Source: an uncultured Actinomycetota bacterium (GTDB lineage Bacteria; Actinomycetota; Actinomycetes; Mycobacteriales; CADCTP01). From it: DNA of 64,000 nucleotides. A program made the position numbers and the translations under genes. A model generated the notes under the pieces. It worked only from the letters and a program-made list of their open reading frames with translations, was not told the origin of the DNA and made no database searches. How positions within the stretch are numbered: the first letter of the stretch is position 1; each line of letters begins with the position of its first letter. Below are positions 18,695 through 26,520 of the stretch, in pieces. The DNA is taken from the NCBI GenBank assembly GCA_963785005.1, contig CAWATS010000008.1, positions 95,648 to 159,647 on the forward strand, given 5' to 3'.

Positions 18695-21600
18695 GTGGGC
18701 GTCCGCACCTGGATCGAGGGCTGGCCGGTCTACCGCCAGCTCACCGGCCCGGACCCGCTCGGCCGCGGCCGGGCCGCCCAGTCGCCCCGCTCGGCGGCGC
18801 TGACCCCGCGCACCGCGACCGCGGACCGGGTGGCCCACTCGGTCTGCCCGTACTGCGCGGTCGGCTGCGCGCAGCTGGTGTACGTCACCGACGAGCGGGT
18901 GGTCCAGATCGAGGGCGACCCGGACAGCCCGATCAGCCGGGGCCGGCTGTGCCCCAAGGGCAGCGCGAGCAAGCAGCTGGTCACCGGTCCGCAGCGGGAG
19001 CGGACGGTGCGCTATCGCGCCCCGTACGCGACGGAGTGGTCGGAGCTGGACCTCTCGACCGCGATGGACATGGTGGCCGAGCGCGTCCTGGCCGCCCGGC
19101 GCCGCGGCTGGCAGGACGTCGACCACGACGGCAACCGGGTCAACCGCACGCTCGGGCTGGCCAGCCTCGGCGGCGCCACCCTGGACAACGAAGAGAACTA
19201 CCTGATCAAGAAGCTGTTCACGGCGCTGGGCGCGATCCAGATCGAGAACCAGGCCCGGATATGACACTCCGCCACGGTCCCCGGTCTGGGGACCTCGTTC
19301 GGGCGCGGCGGCGCCACCAACACGCAGCAGGACCTCGCCAACGCCGACTGCGTGGTCATCATGGGCTCGAACATGGCCGAGGCCCATCCGGTCGGCTTCC
19401 AGTGGGTCGTCGAGGCGAAGGCGCGCGGGGCGAAGGTCGTCCACGTCGACCCGCGGTTCACCCGCACCAGCGCGCTCGCGGACAGCTACGTGCCGCTGCG
19501 GGCGGGCAGTGACATCGCCTTCCTCGGCGGCGTCGTCAACCACATCCTCAGCGAGGAGAAGGACTTCCGGGAGTACGTCACCGCCTACACCAACGCGCCG
19601 TTCCTCGTCAGCGAGCGGTTCCGGGACGTCGAGGACCTCGACGGCCTGTTCTCCGGCTACGACCCGGGGACGGCGAGCTACGACCCGGCGTCCTGGCAGT
19701 ACGAGGGGCTGGAGGACACGCACCGCGCGGGGCGGGCAGTCCCCGGTCGAGGCCCGCGAGACGGCCGCCGGCATGCAGCACGAGTCCGGCGGCCCGCCGC
19801 TGGAGGGCGCGCACACCGGGCCGCCCGCCGACCCCACCCTGCAGCACCCGCGGTGCGTCTACCAGGTCCTCAAGCGGCACTTCGCCCGCTACACGCCCGA
19901 GCTGGTCGAGCAGGTCTGCGGCGTCGGCCGGGAGAAGTTCCTCGAGGTCTGCGAGGCGTGGACGTCGAACTCCGGCCGCGAGCGCACCACCGCGCTGGTC
20001 TACGCGGTCGGCTGGACCCAGCACAGCGTGGGCGTGCAGTTCATCCGCACCGCGGCGATCATCCAGCTGCTGCTCGGCAACATGGGCCGTCCCGGCGGCG
20101 GCATCATGGCGATGCGGGGCCACGCGAGCATCCAGGGCTCGACCGACATCCCCACCCTGTTCAACCTGCTGCCCGGCTACCTGCCGATGCCGAGCGCCAC
20201 GGCGCACCGGACGCTGGCCGACTACGTCGAGAGCATCCGGGGCGACAAGCAGAAGGGGTTCTGGCGGAACGCGGACGCGTACGCGGTGTCGCTGCTCAAG
20301 GAGTACTGGGGCGAGGCGGCGCAGCCGGAGAACGACTTCCGCTTCGACTACCTGCCGCGGCTGACCGGCGACCACGGCACGTACCGGACCGCGATGGACA
20401 TGGTCGACGGCAAGGTCTTCGGCTACTTCCTGCTCGGCCAGAACCCGGCGGTCGGCTCGGCGCACGGGAAGCTGCAACGGCTCGGGATGGCGAACCTCGA
20501 CTGGCTGGTGGTGCGCGACCTCGCGATGATCGAGAGCGCCACCTTCTGGAAGGACTCGCCGGAGGTGGAGACCGGCGAGATCGTGCCCGAGCGGTGCCGG
20601 ACCGAGGTGTTCTTCTTCCCGGCCGCGGCGCACGTGGAGAAGGAGGGCACCTTCACCCAGACCCAGCGGATGCTGCAGTGGCGGGAGAAGGCGGTCGACC
20701 CGGCCGGCGACCAGCGCTCGGACCTGTGGTTCTTCTACCACCTCGGTCGCCGGGTCAAGCAGCTGCTCGCCGGCTCGACCGATCCGCGGGACCGGCCCGT
20801 CCAGGACCTCAGCTGGGGCTACGAGGTGGACGGCGACGAGCCGAGTGCCGACGCCGTGCTCCGGGCGATCAACGGCCACGACCTGAGCACCGGCCGGGTC
20901 GTCGACGGCTACCTGGACCTCAAGGCGGACGGCAGCACGTCGTGCGGCTGCTGGGTCTACTCCGGCGTGTACGCCGGCGGGGTGAACCGGGCCGCCCGCC
21001 GCAGGCCCGCCGCCGAGCAGGACGCGACGGCGCTGGAGTGGGGCTGGGTCTGGCCGTACAACCGGCGCATCCTCTACAACCGCGCCTCGGCGGACCCGCA
21101 GGGACGGCCGTGGAGCGAGCGGAAGGCGTACGTCTGGTGGGACCCGGATCTCGGCGTCGCCGGGGAGTGGACCGGGCACGACGTGCCGGACTTCGAGCGG
21201 ACCAAGCCGCCGTGGTACGAGCCGCCGCCGGGTGCGGTCGGCCCGGCCGCGCTGCGCGGCGACGACCCGTTCGTCATGCAGGCCGACGGCAAGGGCTGGC
21301 TGTACGTGCCGACCGGGCTGCGGGACGGGCCGCTCCCGACCCACTACGAGCCGCACGAGTCGCCGGTCCGCAACGCGCTGTACGGCCAGCAGGGCAACCC
21401 GACCCGCAAGGTCTACGGCCGGGCGGACAACCCCTCCAACCCGTCCCCGCCGGAGCGGCACGGCGAGGTCTACCCGTACGTGCTGACCACCTCCCGGCTG
21501 ACCGAGCACCACACCGCCGGCGGGATGAGCCGGCAGCTGCCGTACCTGTCCGAGCTGCAGCCGGAGATGTTCGTCGAGGTCTCCCCGGCGCTGGCCCGCG

Positions 21601-21965
21601 AGCGCGGGCTGGACCACCTCGGCTGGGCGCACGTGGTGACCAGCCGCAGCGCGATCGAGTGCCGGGTGCTGGTCACCGACCGGCTCACGCCGCTGCGGGT
21701 GGGCGACCGGGACGTGCACCAGATCTGGATGCCCTACCACTGGGGCGGTGCGGGCGTGGTCACCGGCGAGTCGGCGAACGACCTGTTCGGGGTGGTGCTC
21801 GACCCCAACGTCCTGATCCAGGAGTCCAAGGTGGCCACCTGCGACATCCGGCCGGGGCGGCGGCCGCGCGGTCGCGAGCTGCTCGAGTTCGTCGAGGGCT
21901 ACCGTCGCCGGGCCGGCGTCACCCCGGACACCGGCACCCGGCTGTCCACAGTGGAGGACGGATGA
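18695..21965 (+). pseudogene. Formate dehydrogenase alpha (molybdopterin) subunit. Selenocysteine codon at 19262-19264. Frame-disrupted as assembled: +1 shift in a G-run near 19727-19735 (assembly indel or true pseudogene).
   Basis: GTG 18695 after GGAGGAGGG. Fe-S Cys cluster CPYCAVGCAQ...CPKG; ...IENQARI-TGA-HSATVPGLGTSFGRGGATN. Frame 2 holds until ...SWQYEGLEDTHRAG, then frame 0 ...QHPRCVYQVLKRHFARYTPE...MRGHASIQGSTD... to TGA 21963-21965. Length is 3n+1. Confidence 0.88.
19276..19294 (+). promoter_or_regulatory. Putative bacterial SECIS upper stem-loop directing Sec insertion at UGA 19262-19264
   Basis: GGTCCCC / GGGGACC stem with a 5-nt loop GGTCT. The stem starts 11 nt after the UGA, and loop G and U fall at +23/+24 from the U of UGA, as in the E. 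coli fdhF element. Confidence 0.7.
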
Positions 21966-22864
21966 CCGGTCGGCACAGCCGCTACGGACCGCTCGACGAC
22001 GTCGCCGGTGACGCCGGGCACGCCGGTCACCCGCCGCGGGTCGGCTTCTTCACCGACACCTCGGTCTGCATCGGCTGCAAGGCGTGCGAGGTGGCCTGCA
22101 AGGAGTGGAACCTGCTGCCGGACGACGGGTTCGACCTGCTCGGCATGTCCTACGACAACACCGGCTCGCTCGGCGCGGACAGCTGGCGGCACGTCGCCTT
22201 CATCGAGCAGCCGGCCCGACCGGCGGCCCCGTCCACTGTGGACCTGGGCATGCCGTCGTTCGCGCCGCCGGGGGCCGGGACCGGGGCCGAGGTGCGGCAG
22301 GAGTTCCGCTGGCTGATGGCCTCGGACGTCTGCAAGCACTGCACCCACGCCGGCTGCCTGGACGTCTGCCCGACCGGGGCGCTGTTCCGGACCGAGTTCG
22401 GCAGCGTCGTGGTCCAGCAGGACATCTGCAACGGCTGCGGCTACTGCGTGTCCGCCTGCCCGTACGGGGTGATCGACCGGCGGGCCGGCGACGGCCGGGC
22501 CTGGAAGTGCACTCTGTGCTACGACCGGCTGAGCGACGGGCTGGAGCCGGCCTGCGCCAAGGCATGCCCGACGCAGTCGATCCAGTTCGGCGACCTGGAC
22601 GAGCTGCGGGCCCGGGCCCAGGAGCGGGTCGAGCGGCTGCATGCGGACGGCGTGCCCGAGGCGCGCCTCTACGGCGAGGACCCGCACGACGGGGTCGGCG
22701 GCAACGGCGCGTTCTTCCTGCTCCTCGACGAGCCCGAGGTGTACGGGCTGCCGCCGGACCCGGTGGTGCCGACGCGGGACCTGCCGCGGATGTGGCGCTT
22801 CGCCGGTGCCGCCGCCCTCGCGCTGGCGGCGGCCGCCGCCGCGGTGTTCGGCGGCCGCCCGTGA
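21962..22864 (+). CDS. Formate dehydrogenase iron-sulfur (4x[4Fe-4S]) beta subunit with a C-terminal TM anchor
   Basis: ATG 21962 in an ATGA overlap with the alpha stop; CIGCKACEVACKEWN, CKHCTHAGCLDVCP, CNGCGYCVSACP, CTLCYDR...CAKACP ferredoxin motifs; hydrophobic C-terminus. Confidence 0.92.
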   Translation: MTGRHSRYGPLDDVAGDAGHAGHPPRVGFFTDTSVCIGCKACEVACKEWNLLPDDGFDLLGMSYDNTGSLGADSWRHVAFIEQPARPAAPSTVDLGMPSFAPPGAGTGAEVRQEFRWLMASDVCKHCTHAGCLDVCPTGALFRTEFGSVVVQQDICNGCGYCVSACPYGVIDRRAGDGRAWKCTLCYDRLSDGLEPACAKACPTQSIQFGDLDELRARAQERVERLHADGVPEARLYGEDPHDGVGGNGAFFLLLDEPEVYGLPPDPVVPTRDLPRMWRFAGAAALALAAAAAAVFGGRP

Positions 22865-23880
22865 CCGGGCCGGGCGGCGGTGGCGGGCCGCGGCGGCCCG
22901 GGGGCCGGCGGCGCGGGGACGACGGCTCGCGGGAGCAGTCGATGGTGCCGCGGGCGCGGTTCCGGTCGTACTACGGGCGCCCGGTGCTCAAGACCCCGGT
23001 CTGGAAGGACGACATCGCCTACTACTTCTTCCTCGGCGGCCTGTCCGCCGGCTCCAGCCTGCTCGCGGCCGGCGCGGACCTGACCGGCCGGCCGGCGCTG
23101 CGCCGGGGCGGCCGGATCGCCGGCCTGGTGTCCCTGCTGGGCGGCGGCTACTACCTGGTCCACGACCTGGGCCGGCCGGAGCGCTTCCACCACATGCTGC
23201 GGGTGGCCAAGCCGACCTCGCCGATGAGCGTGGGCACCTGGATCCTCGTCGGCTACGGCCCGGCGACCGGGGTCGCGGCGCTCGGCGAGCTGCTGCCGGG
23301 ACGGCTGCGCGCGACCCGGCTGGGCCGGCTCGCCGGCGCGCTCTCCCGGCCGGCCGGGCTGGTGTCGGCGGCCCTGGCACCCGCGGTCGCGTCGTACACC
23401 GCCGTCCTGCTGTCGCAGACGGCGGTGCCGGCGTGGAACGAGGCGCAGGAGGAGCTGCCCTTCATCTTCACGGCCAGCGCGGCCGCGAGTGCCGGCGGAC
23501 TCGGCATGATCGTCGCGCCGACGTCGCAGGCCGGCCCGGCGCGCCGGCTGGCCGGCTACGGCGCGGTCGTCGAGCTGGCGGCGTCCCGGCGGCTGGAGCG
23601 CCGGCTCGGCCCGGTCGCCGAGGCCTTCACGACCGGTGACGCACACCGCCTGCTGCGGCGGGCGAGCGTCCTGACCGCCGCTGGTGGGCTCGGCAGCGTG
23701 CTGCTGGCGCGCCGCAGTCGCGTCGCGGCGGTCGCCTCCGGGGCCGCGCTGCTCGCCGGCGGGCTGTACGAGCGGCTCGGCCTCCTGCATGCCGGCATCG
23801 CCTCCACCGAGGATCCCAGGTACGTGGTCGAGCCGCAGCGCCGCCGCATCCGGGAGCAGGGGCCCACCCGGGCCGACTAG
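22861..23880 (+). CDS. NrfD/PsrC-family polytopic membrane subunit of the formate dehydrogenase
   Basis: GTG 22861 in a GTGA overlap with the beta stop; ...YYGRPVLKTPVWKDDIAYYFFLGGLSAGSSLLAAGADL... and about 8 predicted TM helices. Confidence 0.8.
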   Translation: MTGPGGGGGPRRPGGRRRGDDGSREQSMVPRARFRSYYGRPVLKTPVWKDDIAYYFFLGGLSAGSSLLAAGADLTGRPALRRGGRIAGLVSLLGGGYYLVHDLGRPERFHHMLRVAKPTSPMSVGTWILVGYGPATGVAALGELLPGRLRATRLGRLAGALSRPAGLVSAALAPAVASYTAVLLSQTAVPAWNEAQEELPFIFTASAAASAGGLGMIVAPTSQAGPARRLAGYGAVVELAASRRLERRLGPVAEAFTTGDAHRLLRRASVLTAAGGLGSVLLARRSRVAAVASGAALLAGGLYERLGLLHAGIASTEDPRYVVEPQRRRIREQGPTRAD

Positions 23881-24578
23881 GCGGTCGGGACGGCGCCGCC
23901 TCCCGACCGCTCACGCACCCGCGCGAGCACCCGCCGGGTCTCGGGGTCGTCGCCCTCGATCTCGTGCAGCGGTCGAACCGCGACCGGCAGATCGCCGACC
24001 ATGACGACCACCGAAGCGGGCAACTGCTCGACCACCCGGATCCGGAACTCGCCGGAGATGGTGCGCCACCGCGGCGATCCGGGCCGCCGGGGATCGCGAT
24101 CGGCCGGGCCCCACTGCCGCCACTGGTCGCTCCAACGCTCCGCGAACATCCTGCGCATGATCACCTCGGTGAGCACGCCGACGGATGAGCTCGCGACAGC
24201 GACGTCGAGGTGGGTCAACGGCACCGGCGCGCCGTGGAGCGCGGCACCGGCCAAGCCCTCGACCACAGGTCCGGCGGGCGCCAGCCCTTGGAGCAGCATC
24301 GGACCGTTGAGCCCCCGCGCGTCGATGCGCTCCGCCGGCGGCCGGGCCAGGGCGGCCTCGATCGCCGCGTCGACGTCGGCCAGGAGCGGCTCGGTCTCCA
24401 ATCGCAACTGCAGGCCCAAGGCGGAGAGCACCTGCTCGATCGCGTCCAGGCTCGGTCGCCGACGCCCGCCCTCGATGGCGGACACCATCGTCTGGGACAG
24501 CCCGGACCGCACGGCGAGGTCCCACTGCGTCAGCCCCGCCGCATCGCGCCGGTCGCGTACGAACGTCCCGATGTCCAT
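23877..24578 (-). CDS. XRE-family HTH regulator with an uncharacterised ~160-aa C-terminal domain
   Basis: ATG 24578; MDIGTFVRDRRDAAGLTQWDLAVRSGLSQTMVSAIEGGRRRPSLDAIEQVLSALGL (Cro/C1 HTH). Its stop shares the palindrome CTAG with the fdhC stop. Confidence 0.8.
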   Translation of the reverse strand: MDIGTFVRDRRDAAGLTQWDLAVRSGLSQTMVSAIEGGRRRPSLDAIEQVLSALGLQLRLETEPLLADVDAAIEAALARPPAERIDARGLNGPMLLQGLAPAGPVVEGLAGAALHGAPVPLTHLDVAVASSSVGVLTEVIMRRMFAERWSDQWRQWGPADRDPRRPGSPRWRTISGEFRIRVVEQLPASVVVMVGDLPVAVRPLHEIEGDDPETRRVLARVRERSGGGAVPTA

Positions 24579-24688
24579 GCCCGGAGCCTGCCGCGCCCGC
24601 CGGCGCGATGGCAGGCCGGGCCGGCGATCTGTGGACGAAGGATTCCGTTGTGGACGACGGCCCGGGCGGAGGGGTTGTCCTTCCTGCT

Positions 24689-24726
24689 CCAGCACTGGGA
24701 GTGCTATTCAGCACTCTGAGTGCTGG
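24689..24726. promoter_or_regulatory. Two adjacent inverted repeats AGCACT-N3-AGTGCT; candidate operator of the XRE regulator
   Basis: AGCACTGGGAGTGCT (24691-24705) and AGCACTCTGAGTGCT (24710-24724), centres 19 bp apart, nested in the larger palindrome CCAGCACT...AGTGCTGG, about 110-145 nt upstream of the XRE start. Confidence 0.5.
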
Positions 24727-24792
24727 AGGCGGGCGCGAGACCACCCGCCGAGCGCCCGCGAAGCGTCGCCCGCCTCGTCAACTGGCGGCGGC

Positions 24793-25854
24793 TCAGCAGA
24801 ACAGGCTGGAGCGGAAGTCCGGGGTGAACGCCAGCCGCCTGTCGAGCGCCGCGTGCTCGACCTGCCGGAAGCCGAAGCTCGCGTTGCGCATGACGATCGC
24901 GACGCGCCCGGTGTCGAGCCGCACGAACGGTGCGTGGGAGTAGCCGAAACCACCGCCGGTGTGTCCCCACACCGTGCCGCAGGAGGTGGCCTGGGAGTAA
25001 AGGCCGAGCCCGTAGTGGATCGGCGTCCGGTAGCCCGAGAGGGTCAGCTCGGCCGGTGGGTCGTCGGGCCCGACCGACATCATCGCGGCGAGGAGCTCCG
25101 GACCCAGCAGCGTGCGCTCGACCAGCAGCGCCCGGAAGAAGCGGGCGGTGTCGGCGGCGGTCGAGATGATCCGCCCGTCGCCGTGCCCGAAGTCCTCGAT
25201 GCTGCAGTCGAACCACCCGTCGCCGGCGCGGTCGTAGCCGTGGATGTACGGCGCCGGGAGCGACAGGTCGGTCTCGTCCGGGTAGGAGGTCCGGGTGAGG
25301 CCGACGGGCTCGAAGATCCGTTCGCGCAGCTCGGCCGCCAGTGGCCGCCCGGTCAGCCGCTCGGCGACGACCTGGAGCAGGCAGTAGTTCGAGTTGCAGT
25401 ACTCGAAGCGCTCGCCGGGTTCGAAGCCGGTGGGACCGCGGAGCGCGAGCTCGATCACCCGCGCGAGCGGCACCGGGCGCAGGTGCGCCTGCAGGTCGCC
25501 GAGCAGGCTCGGGTCGTCCTCGAAGTCGAACAGGCCCGAGCGCATCCGGAACAGGTGCTCCACCGTGAGCCGCTCGCCGTTCGGGATCGGCAGGTCGGGC
25601 AGCAGGTCCTGGACCAGGTCACCGAGCGAGAGGCGACCCTCGCCGAGCAGCTGGAGGACGACGACCGCGGTGAAGGTCTTGGTGGTGCTGCCGATCCGGT
25701 AGTGCGTCTGCGGTGTCATGACCGCCCCCGTCGCCAGGTCCGCGACACCGGCCGTCCAGAAGCTCGACGTGCCGTCCGCGTCGTCGACGTAGGCGAACGC
25801 ACCCGGCAGGCCGCCGTCGACGAGGCGGTCCAGCTCGGCCTGAACATGATCCAT
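24793..25854 (-). CDS. Serine hydrolase, beta-lactamase/D-Ala-D-Ala carboxypeptidase (class C-like) family
   Basis: ATG 25854; ...HYRIGSTTKTFTAVVVLQLL (SxxK active-site motif), 353 aa. Confidence 0.85.
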   Translation of the reverse strand: MDHVQAELDRLVDGGLPGAFAYVDDADGTSSFWTAGVADLATGAVMTPQTHYRIGSTTKTFTAVVVLQLLGEGRLSLGDLVQDLLPDLPIPNGERLTVEHLFRMRSGLFDFEDDPSLLGDLQAHLRPVPLARVIELALRGPTGFEPGERFEYCNSNYCLLQVVAERLTGRPLAAELRERIFEPVGLTRTSYPDETDLSLPAPYIHGYDRAGDGWFDCSIEDFGHGDGRIISTAADTARFFRALLVERTLLGPELLAAMMSVGPDDPPAELTLSGYRTPIHYGLGLYSQATSCGTVWGHTGGGFGYSHAPFVRLDTGRVAIVMRNASFGFRQVEHAALDRRLAFTPDFRSSLFC

Positions 25855-25880
25855 CGCCGGAGCCTAAGGCAGGGTCGCCG

Positions 25881-26468
25881 TCAGAGCGGGAAGGCGAGGT
25901 TCGGGCGGGAGCACCAGCGCTCGACCGCCGGCCAGGGTCCGTAGCCGGTGTCGACGTTGAGGTGACCGGCGCCGGGGATCACGGTGGTGGGGAGCTTCAG
26001 CGGCGCCCCGTACGCGGCGACAGCGCCCTCCGGGCAGTAGGGGTCGTCGTCCGCGCAGACCAGGATGGTGCCGCCGGCCCCGCGCCGGACGGCGGCGGCG
26101 TCGAGCGGCGGCGGGACGAAGGTGGCCAGCTCCGGCTCGTCCAGCCGGGGCGACGGCGGCGCCACCAGCAGGACCCGGGCCGGCGCCGGCCCGGCCGCCG
26201 GACCGGCGGTGCGGTGCAGCCAGAGCGCGCCGGCGACCGAGTGGCAGACCACGTCGAAGCCCCCGTCCGGCAGCCCGGCGACCGTCTCGTCCACAGTGGA
26301 CATCCAGGCGTCGAGCCGCGGATGGTCCGGGTCCGGCAGCGATGGGTAGCGGACCTCGTGGTCGGCCGCGAGCCGTCCCGCCAGCCAGCTCTGCCAGTGC
26401 TCCGGCCCGGATCCCTGCCAGCCGTGCAGGATCACCACCGGCTGGGTGGTCGTCCCCCTCCTGCGCAC
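25881..26468 (-). CDS. RBBP9/YdeN-like alpha/beta serine hydrolase
   Basis: Probable GTG 26468; VRRRGTTTQPVVILHGWQGSGPEHWQSWLAGRL...VCHSVAGALWL (nucleophile elbow)...GAGHLN; about 195 aa. The longer ORF upstream is antisense to the ABC-F gene. Confidence 0.75.
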   Translation of the reverse strand: MRRRGTTTQPVVILHGWQGSGPEHWQSWLAGRLAADHEVRYPSLPDPDHPRLDAWMSTVDETVAGLPDGGFDVVCHSVAGALWLHRTAGPAAGPAPARVLLVAPPSPRLDEPELATFVPPPLDAAAVRRGAGGTILVCADDDPYCPEGAVAAYGAPLKLPTTVIPGAGHLNVDTGYGPWPAVERWCSRPNLAFPL

Positions 26469-26520
26469 CCGCAGAGCGTAGCGGCGAAAATCATGCTGAC
26501 CGGCCGGGCAGACTGGCGGA

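Noticed and set aside
16012-18708. Long reverse or alternate-frame ORFs overlapping recognised genes. Examples: 16012..18708(-), 19608..21740(-), 11306..13135(-), 5692..6753(-), 31307..33370(-), 33423..35420(-), 60172..62829(-), 4005..5234(-), 25962..28400(+), 42829..44439(+).
   Set aside because: These are typical GC-rich shadow ORFs. Stop codons are rare in all frames at >70% GC, the translations are Arg/Pro/Gly/Ala-rich with no domain signatures, and each is fully covered by a confidently identified gene in another frame or strand.
19700-19760. Programmed ribosomal frameshifting as an explanation for the fdhA, glmS or ECF frame changes.
   Set aside because: No slippery heptamer or downstream pseudoknot is evident at any junction, and no precedent is known for these families. 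The shifts go in different directions and sit in homopolymers or linkers.
23877-24578. XRE-family gene as the antitoxin of a toxin-antitoxin or abortive-infection pair.
   Set aside because: No small partner ORF with coding bias is adjacent on either side. The neighbours are the FDH membrane subunit (convergent) and a serine hydrolase.
26469-26520. Leader-peptide/attenuator control of the ABC-F gene (a hallmark of antibiotic-resistance ABC-Fs).
   Set aside because: The divergent spacer is only 52 nt, with no room for a leader ORF plus alternative hairpins.
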